From Octopus vulgaris (taxonomy: Eukaryota): a stretch of 64,000 nt of DNA. The DNA lies in the NCBI GenBank assembly GCA_951406725.2, contig OX597814.1, positions 155,124,001 to 155,188,000 of the forward strand, read 5' to 3'. The first letter of the stretch is position 1. Each line of letters opens with the position of its first letter. A model generated the notes under the pieces. It was not told the DNA's origin and searched no databases. It saw only the letters and a program-made list of their open reading frames with translations. Shown piece by piece: positions 27,849 through 40,741 of the stretch. The position numbers and the translations under genes are program-made.

Positions 27849-29437
27849 TGTGACTTTCAATGAAGTTTTTAGAAGTAAATTTACTTCAGTCTCCCTGGAA
27901 AGAATCGACCGATCATTGAAGTCAATGCATTTTCTTTTTTTCTTTTCATTTTTATATTCAGGCTTTTTGCTTTTTATTATTTCGATTGAAAGACTGAAAG
28001 ACAAAAGCAGAGTTGAAAGTCATAGAAGTCATAAGTCGGCGCCATACAGTCTCTAGCATTTTGTTATCTCAAATACTGGTCGTAAGAACTTCATACGCCC
28101 TTTGACGACGATCAGCTAGAGTCTAAGATATAATTTGATGACGACGACGAACACTGCAGATTTTGGTAGCTCGATGTGTGTGAGGGCGTCGAGGTAAAGA
28201 CGGAAAAAGAGAGAGACAGAAAGAGTAAGACAAAAAATGGTGGGTGGTGGAGAGAGAGAGAGAGAAAAAAATGTAGAGGTTGGGTTAGAGGCGACCACCC
28301 ATAAATTCATTCAAAGACCGTTATCCAAGTGAAGTAAAACGAAGTACAGGTGGTGGTGTGTACGAGCTGGCTTGCCGTGCGACTCCGCCCCACCCGAGCT
28401 GTTCAGAGCACTAATGTAAAAACCGACTTAGTTACTCGAACTCTTCAAGACATGAACATTTAGATAACAATATATGTGTATGCTTGCGTGACTAAGTATG
28501 TATGTATGTATGTATGCATGTATGTATGTGTGTGTTTAAGTATGTGTATGTGTGTGTGTGTATATATGCATGCATGTATGCATGTATGTATGTGTGTGTT
28601 TATGTATATGTATATGTGTGTATGTGTGTATGTATGTGTGCATGTATGTGTGTGTATATATAAGCATTATTTGTATGTACCTATCTATGTATTTACCCAT
28701 GCATATATATGTATGTGTCTATATGTATGTATGATTGTATGTATGAATGAATGTTTGTGTATAAATATTCATATATATGCATACGTATGTATATATTCTT
28801 TTCCATGTTTCAACCATTTGACTCTGGTCAAGCTGGCGCACTACCTTGGAAGTTTTTAGTGGAAAAAATCGACCCCAAGACTTATCTTTTAAAGCTTACT
28901 ACTCATTCTCTCGGTATCTTTTGCCGAACCGCTATGTTACCGATGAAGAATAAATCCTTTATGAGATTAATTCCAAAATTGATTCAAAATAGAGATAACG
29001 AAATTTAATTATTCTAACGGTTTAGTTTGCCCGACTTCAGTTCAATTTTTCTGTAGCAAGTGGATTATATGTGGAAAATCAGTATATTGGCTTTGGAATA
29101 ATCTTCTTTAGCCCTTGCTTATAAGTTGTTTCATTTCATAGGTATACACGGCATATATATCCGTATGTGTGTGAGAGAATATATATTTACGAACGACTAC
29201 ACTCACACATATACAAGCATATAATAATATCTTTTACACTACAGGCACAAGGCCTAGAGTATAATATATTAACAGTTTAGATCTTAATTATAAAAATATA
29301 TGAAACCATTATTCTATGATAATTTAGTTAATTGTAAGTTAGAAATCTAAATGTAACAAAGGGTTTTAAAAGAAATTTAAAGTGCCTACGTGATAACTGT
29401 AGACCTACTTTAGAGTGTGTGTGTGTGTATGTATGTG

Positions 29438-29519
<82 letters not shown>

Positions 29520-29779
29520 TTAGGACTAATGAATATACGTCAATTAGTGTGCTGATGTGTTTAGTAAAGCGCTGGCACAGCTTGGGCTACATGGTCTCAT
29601 CCGCAGTTGGGGTATATTTCCTTTGGATCTGCTTCAGGAATTTTGTAGTGTTAGTTGAGATAATAATCGATTATGTAAACATAAGATGGAATTGGTATAA
29701 CACTTTATTTTGTACAAGAGTTATACCAATTCCATCTTCTGCTAACTTAATGGATGATACATATATACATATACATGTA

Positions 29780-31315
29780 CAGTCGTGTCCAATGATTTTG
29801 GCAAAAGCGTTATTTTGCATCAAAAATATATAAATATGCCTATCTAAGGCAAAAGGTCGATTTGTTTGAGCGCGTACGTGTATATTAGCGAAGAATAGTA
29901 ACACACTTGAACCATATGAAAAATAATAAGCCGGTACAGTTATTCATGTTCCTCTCTGTATTTGCAGTAACGATCCCAATTTTTCGAAACGTCCATTATT
30001 TGTTTAGGCATGCTGGAAACCAAAGATTTTGTCAGTTCTATGTTTACAGGCCTCCATTTTTGCTGTACAAGAGCTTTCAATTGGATTTTTTCTATCAACT
30101 CGATTTTACGGATAGACTACAAATTTTCAATAGGATTTAAATCTGGTGAATTTCCCGCCCACGGCTCCAAAATTTCAGTACCTTTATCTCCAAGATACTT
30201 TTTAATCTTTTTAGCAGTGCGGCAAGCTGCTTCACCTTGTTGAAAAATGCAAGTTTCTTCGTCAAACTGTCTCTCAATGGTTGGAAGGAGATGGTTTTCA
30301 AGGATATTTTGGTACCATATGGAATTCATATAAGTTTTTTTTTGGCATAACTGACTGTGATTCAAAGCCTTAGGATAAAAAGCAACCCCACACATGAATG
30401 GTTTCGGAATGCTTGATTGTGAACACGATACAGGCCTCATCATAGCGTTCACCTTGTCGCCTTCTTCCAGATATCCCAAACAACTGAAATGTTGCTTCAT
30501 CAGAAAAAAAAAATCACTTTGTCTCATTGTTCACTAGACCAATTTTTATATTTTCTGCAAAACAAGCCTGTCAACGTTTCTCATGGACAGAAAAGGATTT
30601 TTTGCAGTACTCCATGAAGCGAGACCATTGTCAAGAAGTCGTCGTCAAACAGTCCGAGCTGAAGCACTGACACCGGCTGATTTGCTATCTGTTTGCTGCG
30701 GGCACTTCGATTCCTCAATGAATTTGTCACTAAAGCCCTACCTTGGCGGTCAGAAGACAAACGCTGACGACCAGGGGCCTACTTCACCGTCATGGATCCT
30801 GTCTCATTGAAAGTTTTTTTTTTTATAATCCCGTTTAGTTATTTTCAGGTGCAATGCCTCTAGGAACAATGTCCTGTGTTGTTAGGCCATTTTGATGGAA
30901 AGAAATTATTGGCTGACGCTGTTCTTCTGCCAGTACCATCCCTGCCAAAAAAAAGAAGAAAAAAAAGAAAACAATTGAAGTGTTTGTGAGAAAAAAGAGC
31001 ATTCATTAATTAAAAAAATCAATCATAAAAGGCTCATGACATCATGACATCATAATTTACTCATTGTTTGCATGCGATTCCAACTTGAAATCATGAAGAA
31101 GAATGTGATTTCCACTTGTAGGAGATATAATCAATTCCGCAAACAAATGATTATTTGCAGTATCTATTGGTTTTTCAACAGTTTTTTTTCTTTCAAATCT
31201 TATTGGATACCAGATAATCTGTTAAAATAATGATAAAATCAATACCATTCACATGATATTTCACATGAAATAGTAAAAAAAAAAACGTGTTTGCTAAAGC
31301 CATTGCCCATGACTG
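29780..31315 (-). mobile_element. Full-length but decayed Tc1-like transposon
   Basis: TA-flanked TIRs cagtcgtgtccaatgattttggcaaaagcgtt / aacgtgtttgctaaagccattgcccatgactg; minus-strand CIFQQGEAAC and WAGNSPDLNPIENL. Confidence 0.92.
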
Positions 31316-31318
31316 TAA

Positions 31319-31389
<71 letters not shown>

Positions 31390-31466
31390 CATATGTACAC
31401 ACACACACATACACACACACTCACACACACACAACACATATATATATATATATATATACATATATA

Positions 31467-31497
<31 letters not shown>

Positions 31498-31673
31498 TCA
31501 TGCATATGTGTATGAAATATATCTACACGATATTCGACTACCAAATTCACTCACAAGTAGTAGATATGAACTCGATATCAACCGTAAACAACGCCACATT
31601 GGGCCGCGTTCTAGGAAGTGAACCCGAATCTATGTCGGTCCCCTGTTTTTACACACGTGTGTGCACCACCTCA

Positions 31674-31712
<39 letters not shown>

Positions 31713-31716
<4 letters not shown>

Positions 31717-32002
31717 TGAAGTATATTTGCCGCCTAAATGTGGCTAACCCTTTGCATCGTTCCCATCTCGAACCTGACGGGATATACACGGACCCAAGTT
31801 TCTAAGTATTGACCCAGGAACTCGGGTCCATGTGTATCACCTCAGGCTGGAGATGGGAACGACGATTTGAAAATACTGATTTGAAAACACAGATAGTGTA
31901 TCAATAGCCAGCTGAAGGAAATGTCTTCCTGGGGCTACAAGCTACAGTAGCTTCGACCCGTAAAGGGTTAGTCACATTTAGGTGGCAAATATACTTCACG
32001 AT
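31713..32002. mobile_element. Fold-back MITE with about 40-bp TIRs and an internal hairpin
   Basis: atcgtgaagtatatttgccgcctaaatgtggctaacccttt pairs with aaagggttagtcacatttaggtggcaaatatacttcacgat. Confidence 0.8.
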
Positions 32003-32724
32003 GTCGTGCAGCTACTGTTTATAACTCGCGCAGCGATTTATTATATTTATATATACATACACACAAACACACACAAACACACACACGCATATATATATAT
32101 ACACACACATATATATACATATATTTGCACATAAGCATAAATAAATATGTACATACGTGCGTGCGTGTGTGTGCGTGTGTGTATGTCTGTATATCAGTGT
32201 GTCTGTGTGTCCATGTGTTTGTGTTTATAATATGTACGTTTTTTCGCTAATGTCAGACATGATTGGTGGTACTGGTGCCCGGGTAAAATACGTCTCTCTT
32301 TATCCAAGTGTATAATCCTAATGTTGGCCATAAATGCCAGTATATATTAGTGGATTTTATTGAGAGATTACATAAAACAATTATATATATTGTATGGGGG
32401 TCGTCATCAGTCATGTCTGCATGCTATTTTTGACTATGTTGTGTATTTACGTTGGGAGTGGCATAGATCAGTTATGCTTGTATATAACAGTTTGTCGAGG
32501 GGTGGCCATAAGCTAACAGAATTAACGATATCTGTCGCAGTCTCTGTCAACCTATCTACATATACGCTATCATATGTCTTTGCCTATCCATCTGTCTTTC
32601 TCGCTAAATTACTCTCTCTCACTCTCTCTCTCTGCACGTCTGTTCACATACATTTGTGTACGTGCATGTGTATATTTTTTGTGTGTATGTGTATATGTGT
32701 ATGTGTATATACACACACAGACAT

Positions 32725-33294
32725 ACAAACGTACACAAGTATCGGCTGTTGCTTACTAAGCAATACTATCCATCGTGACATCATGTGACCTTCTTTGATC
32801 AGTTACAGTCCATTCACCGGTAGCCATCTTGGACTTCCTGCACGCCTGTTATTCGGATATTCCACCAGCCTGATACGATAGCCTCCCTTCGGGGCTTGTG
32901 AAACTTGAAGTAGCAAGGAATTAAAACCAAACCTTTGAATAATGCATGCAACTCCCAATAAATGTTTTGAGGGCCATACACACACATGTGCGCGCTTGTT
33001 TGTGTGTGTGTGTATGACGGAGTGAGTGGACATATGAAAGAAGGGGCAATATATTTTTTGGGAGTTACATGTATTATTGAAAACAGTTTGATTCGGAATC
33101 CTTGCTACTTCAAATTTCACAAACCCCTAAGAGAGGCTGTCGCACCAGGCTTGTGGGATATCCGTATGAACAGGCGTACAGGAAGTCCATGATGGCTACC
33201 GGTAGATGGACTGCAATTGGTCAAAGAAGGTCATATGATATCACGATGGTTAGTACTGCTTAGTAAGCGACAGCCGATATATGTGTACGTTTGT
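32725..33294. mobile_element. Long palindromic fold-back element (arms about 245 bp)
   Basis: 32725-32968 is the diverged reverse complement of 33050-33294. Confidence 0.88.
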
Positions 33295-33874
33295 GTATAA
33301 GGTGGGTAAATGTACACACACGCGCGCGCGCACACAGAAACACATATATAAAGCTTCTACTTTTATCCTATATATATATAGGCATAACTAAGATGAAGTT
33401 GTTTCGATTTAAGTCGTCGATTTACGTCGGTTTAAAAAAATAATATATGGAAAAATAAAGATCAAGTTAAGTAATTTTACTCGACTTTACGTCAGTCCGT
33501 CACACATTGGAATCATAAAATCACCAGAAAACCGTTAAAAGCACATAAAATCATGTTACTTGTACAATAAATAAGAATAAAAGCATATAAAATCATATTA
33601 AAATGCGTACAGTAAATGTTAAATTAAAACCATAAAGTAGTGTAGCTTAGTGAACGAAATCATGAAATCACCAAATGGTATGCATGTAGTGGTAAATTTA
33701 AAATAATTCATTTTTTTTACTAATGTGAAATAATAATAATTACTGATTTTGTTTTTTAAACTTAAAAAAGGGTCTTATTTTACCATGTCTTATTGCAAAC
33801 TGCATTCATAAATAAAACGTCCGCGATGTACGGTAAACACCGCCGAATTGTGCTCGTAAATTTAGATCACATTC

Positions 33875-34003
<129 letters not shown>

Positions 34004-35109
34004 CATATACACAACTTATAAATAAGGGCAAACGAAAAAAATGTTCTAATGCCAAATATGCCGAAATTAGACACATAGTCTATAACCATATAGTTTATCA
34101 CAATACGCACGCTACTCGAAAAAGGTCGACAGAAATTTCTAAAATATTCCATTATTACCATATCGCACCGATTTCAGGTATATATATATATATTATGTAA
34201 TATATATATTATATAATATATAATTTAGATATATTTTTACTATTATTACTGTATGAATTGTGAGTGTATATGTATGCATGTACGATGTATATATATATAT
34301 ATGTATGTATGTATGTATACGATATAAATATAAACATAGAACATTATGCGTGCATGCGTGTCTGACACTGCTCGTGATCAAAACACTAATACCACCCAAC
34401 ATAGCAATTCAACTTGTCCCATAAGTGATTTTGGTATGGCAGTAGGAACCATCGCTAAGTCTCACACTGTTTCATCAAAAGTATTGCAACGTCGATAGTG
34501 GCAGAAGTACAGGACAGTTTTATTGTCATCCAACTTCCTGCAACGGTGTGTCACGGTAGAAAACATATGCTGTATTCTAAATACATTTGTGTAGTTTGTC
34601 AGGCGTTACTGAACTCATAGGAAGAAAACAAATGGCTAGTGAAGAGAAAGAGAACGCCGTTTCATACCTACCAAAAAGAAAACAACAAAAATACCAAATA
34701 ATAAGTAAAAAAACAACAACAAAAAACAAAAACAAAGCGTCAGTCAACAAAGAACTCAATAAATAAATAAATACATTCAATGAAGAATAATTTGTACCAT
34801 GTCAAAGCACTGGAAATCCAGAAATTGGATTACGTGCGTGACGTAAAATATTTGTTTTCAGTGCGAATAAAGCACCTTGTGGTTAAAGTATATCAATTCA
34901 AACATCTCTCCCATCTAAAGATAGCGCATAATTTTCAAGGAAGGAACGTGTGCTATACTGTACATCGCGTGTGTTTATTTCTAGAGTGCAACCATTTTAT
35001 ATGATAAGCTTTCATTTTGTTCTGTGCCCTTCATTCAGTCAACAATCGAAGGAAAGAGAATTTTAGAAATATACTTAAAGCGAGTAGTCACATCAAAGTG
35101 GCAGGTAAA

Positions 35110-35360
35110 TGCTACTACTAGTTTAATCCAAGGTGGATTCTTCGCCAGGTGGTTTTCGGTGCAAGCTCTGCACCCTTTATATACAATATATCTCTAGCAG
35201 GGGAGAGCGAACCCCTATTATTACACAGCAGCTGACAGGATCGCGGGACCGGCCAATTTCGAGCCATTTGGCTCTCATCAGCTGCACGTGCCTGCGCAGT
35301 GGAGTAATAGCAAAGACTCACTTCAGCAAGCTTCTGCGAGCTTGTACGAGCTTCTGCTAG
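35110..35360 (+). mobile_element. GC-rich Helitron-like element
   Basis: caagcttctgcgagcttg hairpin shortly before terminal CTAG|T; internal gcagctga/tcagctgc stem. Confidence 0.35.
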
Positions 35361-35509
35361 TTATAACATCTCAAGAGATAGAATAGTAACGTATATTAAA
35401 CAGTAAATACTCACACACACACACACGCGCGCGCACGGACACACACACACACACACACGCACACATACACACAGTGAAAAGTTAATTTAATTTATTCTTG
35501 TATGCTTTT

Positions 35510-35553
35510 AAACTGTCCGTCGAACGGGAACGTGAAATGCTGAGTAACAGTTT
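35510..35553 (+). ncRNA. Type I hammerhead-like motif (family H2), second copy
   Basis: aaactgt-CCGTCGA-acg(ggaa)cgt-GAAA-tgctgag-TA-acagttt; homologous to 3148-3194. Confidence 0.6.
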
Positions 35554-35633
35554 TGCGAATATTTGGAAGCTTTAAAGAAGTCTATCTATCTATCTATCTA
35601 TCTGTCTCTCTCTCTCTATATATATATATATAT

Positions 35634-35667
<34 letters not shown>

Positions 35668-35670
35668 TAT

Positions 35671-36016
35671 ATAACATAAGGGACTAAAGCCATCTGAATA
35701 TGGCTAGGGACAGGGCAGGGTGGTGGGGGTGTTACTGTTGCATTTAGCCCCAGGCGAACATCGACGTCACCAGAAAGGCTCGACACCGTCACGGTGTCCT
35801 TAACCTGCAAAGGGAGGTAATTCCCCGATGAAGCGGAAACCACACACGGATGATGGTTTCAAGGTGTATTGCCTATCGTCGGCGTGTGGTAGGCTTCCGC
35901 TTCCTCGACGAATTCTCACTCTGCAGGATATTCATATATAGATTTTCAAGCAAAATACATTTGCTGATTTCGAAAATCTGTTCGAAAGCAATAATAATTC
36001 TCTAAAAGAGATATAG
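35671..36016 (-). repeat. Inverted 346-bp copy of the 360-bp monomer
   Basis: Reverse complement of the monomer lacking 14 nt (cgagcagttactgt); two substitutions at 35851-35852. Confidence 0.97.
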
Positions 36017-37458
36017 CTTTCGAACAGATTTTCGAAATCAGCAAATGTATTTTGCTTGAAAATCTATATATGAATATCCTGCAGAGTGAGAATTCGTCGA
36101 GGAAGCGGAAGCCTACCACACGCCGACGATAGGCAATACACCTTGAAACCATGGTCCGTGTGTGGTTTCCGCTTCATCGGGGAATTACCTCCCTTTGCAG
36201 GTTAAGGACACCGTGACGGTGTCGAGCCTTTCTGGTGACGTCGATGTTCGCCTGGGGCTAAATGCAACAGTAACACCCCCACCACCCTGCCCTGTCCCTA
36301 GCCATATTCAGATGGCTTTAGTCCCTTATGTTATCGAGCAGTTACTGTCTATATCTCTTTTAGAGAATTATTATTGCTTTCGAACAGATTTTCGAAATCA
36401 GCAAATGTATTTTGCTTGAAAATCTATATATGAATATCCTGCAGAGTGAGAATTCGTCGAGGAAGCGGAAGCCTACCACACGCCGACGATAGGCAATACA
36501 CCTTGAAACCATGGTCCGTGTGTGGTTTCCGCTTCATCGGGGAATTACCTCCCTTTGCAGGTTAAGGACACCGTGACGGTGTCGAGCCTTTCTGGTGACG
36601 TCGATGTTCGCCTGGGGCTAAATGCAACAGTAACACCCCCACCACCCTGCCCTGTCCCTAGCCATATTCAGATGGCTTTAGTCCCTTATGTTATCGAGCA
36701 GTTACTGTCTATATCTCTTTTAGAGAATTATTATTGCTTTCGAACAGATTTTCGAAATCAGCAAATGTATTTTGCTTGAAAATCTATATATGAATATCCT
36801 GCAGAGTGAGAATTCGTCGAGGAAGCGGAAGCCTACCACACGCCGACGATAGGCAATACACCTTGAAACCATGGTCCGTGTGTGGTTTCCGCTTCATCGG
36901 GGAATTACCTCCCTTTGCAGGTTAAGGACACCGTGACGGTGTCGAGCCTTTCTGGTGACGTCGATGTTCGCCCAGGGCTAAATGCAACAGTAACACCCCC
37001 ACCACCCTGCCCTGTCCCTAGCCATATTCAGATGGCTTTAGTCCCTTATGTTATCGAGCAGTTACTGTCTATATCTCTTTTAGAGAATTATTATTGCTTT
37101 CGAACAGATTTTCGAAATCAGCAAATGTATTTTGCTTGAAAATCTATATATGAATATCCTGCAGAGTGAGAATTCGTCGAGGAAGCGGAAGCCTACCACA
37201 CGCCGACGATAGGCAATACACCTTGAAACCATGGTCCGTGTGTGGTTTCTGCTTCATCGGGGAATTACCTCCCTTTGCAGGTTAAGGACACCGTGACGGT
37301 GTCGAGCCTTTCTGGTGACGTCGATGTTCGCCTGGGGCTAAATGCAACAGTAACACCTCCACCACCCTGCCCTGTCCCTAGCCATATTCAGATGGCTTTA
37401 GTCCCTTATGTTATCGAGCAGTTACTGTCTATATCTCTTTTAGAGAATTATTATTGCT
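36016..37458 (+). repeat. Tandem array of four near-identical 360-bp structured monomers (retrozyme-like)
   Basis: Exact period of 360 (starts 36016, 36376, 36736, 37096); only four substitutions seen; ends in (TA)n. Confidence 0.97.
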
Positions 37459-37473
37459 ATATATATATATATT

Positions 37474-37532
<59 letters not shown>

Positions 37533-37841
37533 GTATGGAACAATACACTTGAATACAGAACTTAACACCAGTTTATAGTAGTAATCAACCGTTACTATTA
37601 TGAATAACCACATATACACAAATATTCACAAACATATACATATACATTTGTGTGTGCGTGTATGTGTGTGTGCGTGTGTGTGCATGTAAATATATGAGTA
37701 TTGATAAAAAGGTTATTAGATATTAGGGTACCTAAAGTTTGACTTGCAAAGTACTCTTCACTATTGTAACTTGGAGAATGAATGCTCGATATACACACAC
37801 ACGCACACACACATACACACACACACACGCATGTATGTTTA

Positions 37842-37896
<55 letters not shown>

Positions 37897-38087
37897 GGAG
37901 AAAGACACAGAGAGAGAGACAAAAAAGACCGAGATAGAGAGGTAGTCGGTGAGATCGATGGACCAAAAGATAGAGAGAAAGATTGGTATATATATATATA
38001 AACAAGAAAACACAGAAAAAACACAGCAACGCGAGGACGTGGAACAATTAAAGTATTATTTGACGCTCAGGAAAGAAGGGAAGGAGG

Positions 38088-38122
38088 GTTTAACGTTTCG
38101 AGCGGAGCTCTTCGTCGGAAAC
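38088..38122 (-). ncRNA. Minimal type I hammerhead-like motif (family H1)
   Basis: Reverse complement gttt-CCGACGA-a-gagc(tcc)gctc-GAAAC-GTT-aaac. Confidence 0.75.
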
Positions 38123-38743
38123 AAAGGAGAAGGAAACATCCCGAGAAGGGAAAACAGAGGAAAAAAAAATTTTTGCTGGTGGTGCTCAAGAGATCACATG
38201 TATATATCCACAGACACAGGCACACACACACACACACACATATATATAGATAGCGAGAAAAATAACTGGTGAAGCATACATATCTATGTGTGTGCGTGCA
38301 AAGATTAAAATCCCTCATATAAACTAACTCACTTATGAAGCAATATATGGCAAATTCTTTGACGAAACTTTTCCCTAAGTATTTTGTAAGGGGCCACAAC
38401 GTAATAAATGCATTTAAGCATATAATATGACATTTAGTATCGGATTGTTTTTTTCCCTGTTATAAGAGTTCTTTGTTCTTATCTCAAGCTGAACCTCACT
38501 TGCTCCTATTTCTGCCCTCTTACGCAACCTTGCCTTGTACCAGTCTTTTTATATTAGACTATGCTGGCCGACACTATCCATTTCCATTGCCCATCCTAGC
38601 CAGAATGTCGAAATATATTAGAATCACCCTCTTCCCTAATACATTTTCTGTCCATGTCTTTCGCTTTTTCTTTTTCTCTCGCTTTCTCGTTGTTTTGCTT
38701 TTTCTGCACACATATTCAAATACGTTCCTTTTCTGCGTATATG

Positions 38744-39278
38744 CATACATACATACATATAAGCATACATACATAAATACATAAATACATACATACATAC
38801 ATACATATATACATATATACAAGCATACATACATACATACATACATACATACATGCATACATACATACATACATGCATACATACATACATACATACATAC
38901 ATACATACATACATACATACACACACACATACACACACACATACATACATACATACATACATACATACATACATACATGCATACATACATACATACATGC
39001 ATACATACATACATACATATTTACATACATAAATACATACATACATATTTACATACATATATACTCAGATACTTATGTATGTATGTATGTATGTATGCAT
39101 GCATGTATGTATGTATGTATGTATGTATGTATGTATGTATGTATGTATGTATGTATGTATGTATGTATGCAGAAAAGGGACGCTTCTGAATATGTCAGGA
39201 GAAACAGAAAAACGACGGGGTAGAAACAGAAAAAGAGAAAAAGAAGTTTGTATGTATGTAAGTATATGCATATATATG

Positions 39279-39313
<35 letters not shown>

Positions 39314-39926
39314 TTATGTATCTTTATATGTGTGATATTCATGCGTGCGTAGGGGTGGGGATGCATGTGGGTAGTTATTTCTAGCTTAGTTTCCATCATT
39401 TTATATACAGCTCCTTGAAAGGACTCTTCAAAATAGTACGATTTCTTGTTATTGCGTCATATACTGTATATGCATACATACATACATACATCATACATAC
39501 ATACATACATACATACATACATACATACATACATACATACATACATACATACATACATACATACATACATACACACACACATACACACACACATACATAC
39601 ATACATACATACATACATACATACATGCATACATACATACATACATGCATACATACATACATACATATTTACATACATAAATACATACATACATATTTAC
39701 ATACATATATACTCAGACACTTATGTATGTATGTATGTATGTATGCATGCATGTATGTATGTATGTATGTATGTATGTATGTATGTATGTATGTACGTAT
39801 GTATGTATGTATGTATGCAGAAAAGGGACGCTTCTGAATATGTCAGGAGAAACAGAAAAACGACGGGGTAGAAACAGAAAAAGAGAAAAAGAAGTTTGTA
39901 TGTATGTAAGTATATGCATATATATG

Positions 39927-39961
<35 letters not shown>

Positions 39962-40177
39962 TTATGTATCTTTATATGTGTGATATTCATGCGTGCGTAG
40001 GGGTGGGGATGCATGTGGGTAGTTATTTCTAGCTTAGTTTCCATCATTTTATATACAGCTCCTTGAAAGGACTCTTCAAAATAGTACGATTTCTTGTTAT
40101 TGCGTCATATACTGTATATGCATACATACATACATACATCATACATACATACATACATACATACATACATACATACA

Positions 40178-40230
<53 letters not shown>
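38744..40230. repeat. 648-bp tandem duplication containing opposed (CATA)n/(TATG)n tracts
   Basis: Unique block 39169-39477 recurs at 39817-40125. Confidence 0.95.
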
Positions 40231-40241
<11 letters not shown>

Positions 40242-40363
40242 TACATATATATATAAATGTGCGTGTGTTTATACATATTTATATATATGCACGTATGCTT
40301 CTATGTATATATACGTATATATATATACATATATGTATACATATCTATCTATCCGTCTACCTA

Positions 40364-40415
<52 letters not shown>

Positions 40416-40704
40416 CACATACATATATGTATGTATGTATGTATGTATGTACGTGCATGTGTGAATGTGTGTGTGTTAAGCAAAATATTGAACACCTAGG
40501 GTAAGCAAATCGGTAGCATTAGTTGTCTATACCTACTGGAATTGTTGAATATATAAAGAGACTGTTTCTCTGGGATTGGTCAAACTGATGTACACTACGA
40601 CGTAGACATTCAAATGAGTATCCAGCAAGGTTCGAAAATGTAGTAAGTCTATGGAGAAATAGTAATATTTGCCCTATTTATATATCTACTGCATAGGTTA
40701 CACA

Positions 40705-40741
<37 letters not shown>

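Noticed and set aside
35715-35765. Resemblance of gttgcatttagccccaggcgaac to pistol, twister or HDV-like motifs
   Set aside because: The required partner strands and linkers could not be found by eye
35820-35865. ccgatga-agcg-gaaacca...tggtt as a hammerhead in the 360-bp monomer (minus sense)
   Set aside because: No stem II and no stem I pairing; these bases are better explained as one arm of the long stem
36016-37458. CRISPR array, or a 5S, SRP, RNase P, RNase MRP or 7SK gene cluster
   Set aside because: No unique spacers, and none of the conserved signature motifs of those RNAs
36162-37565. Repeated 85-aa ORF MVSASSGNYL... as a tandem gene family
   Set aside because: GTG start, no recognisable domain, no room for promoters; a by-product of the repeat
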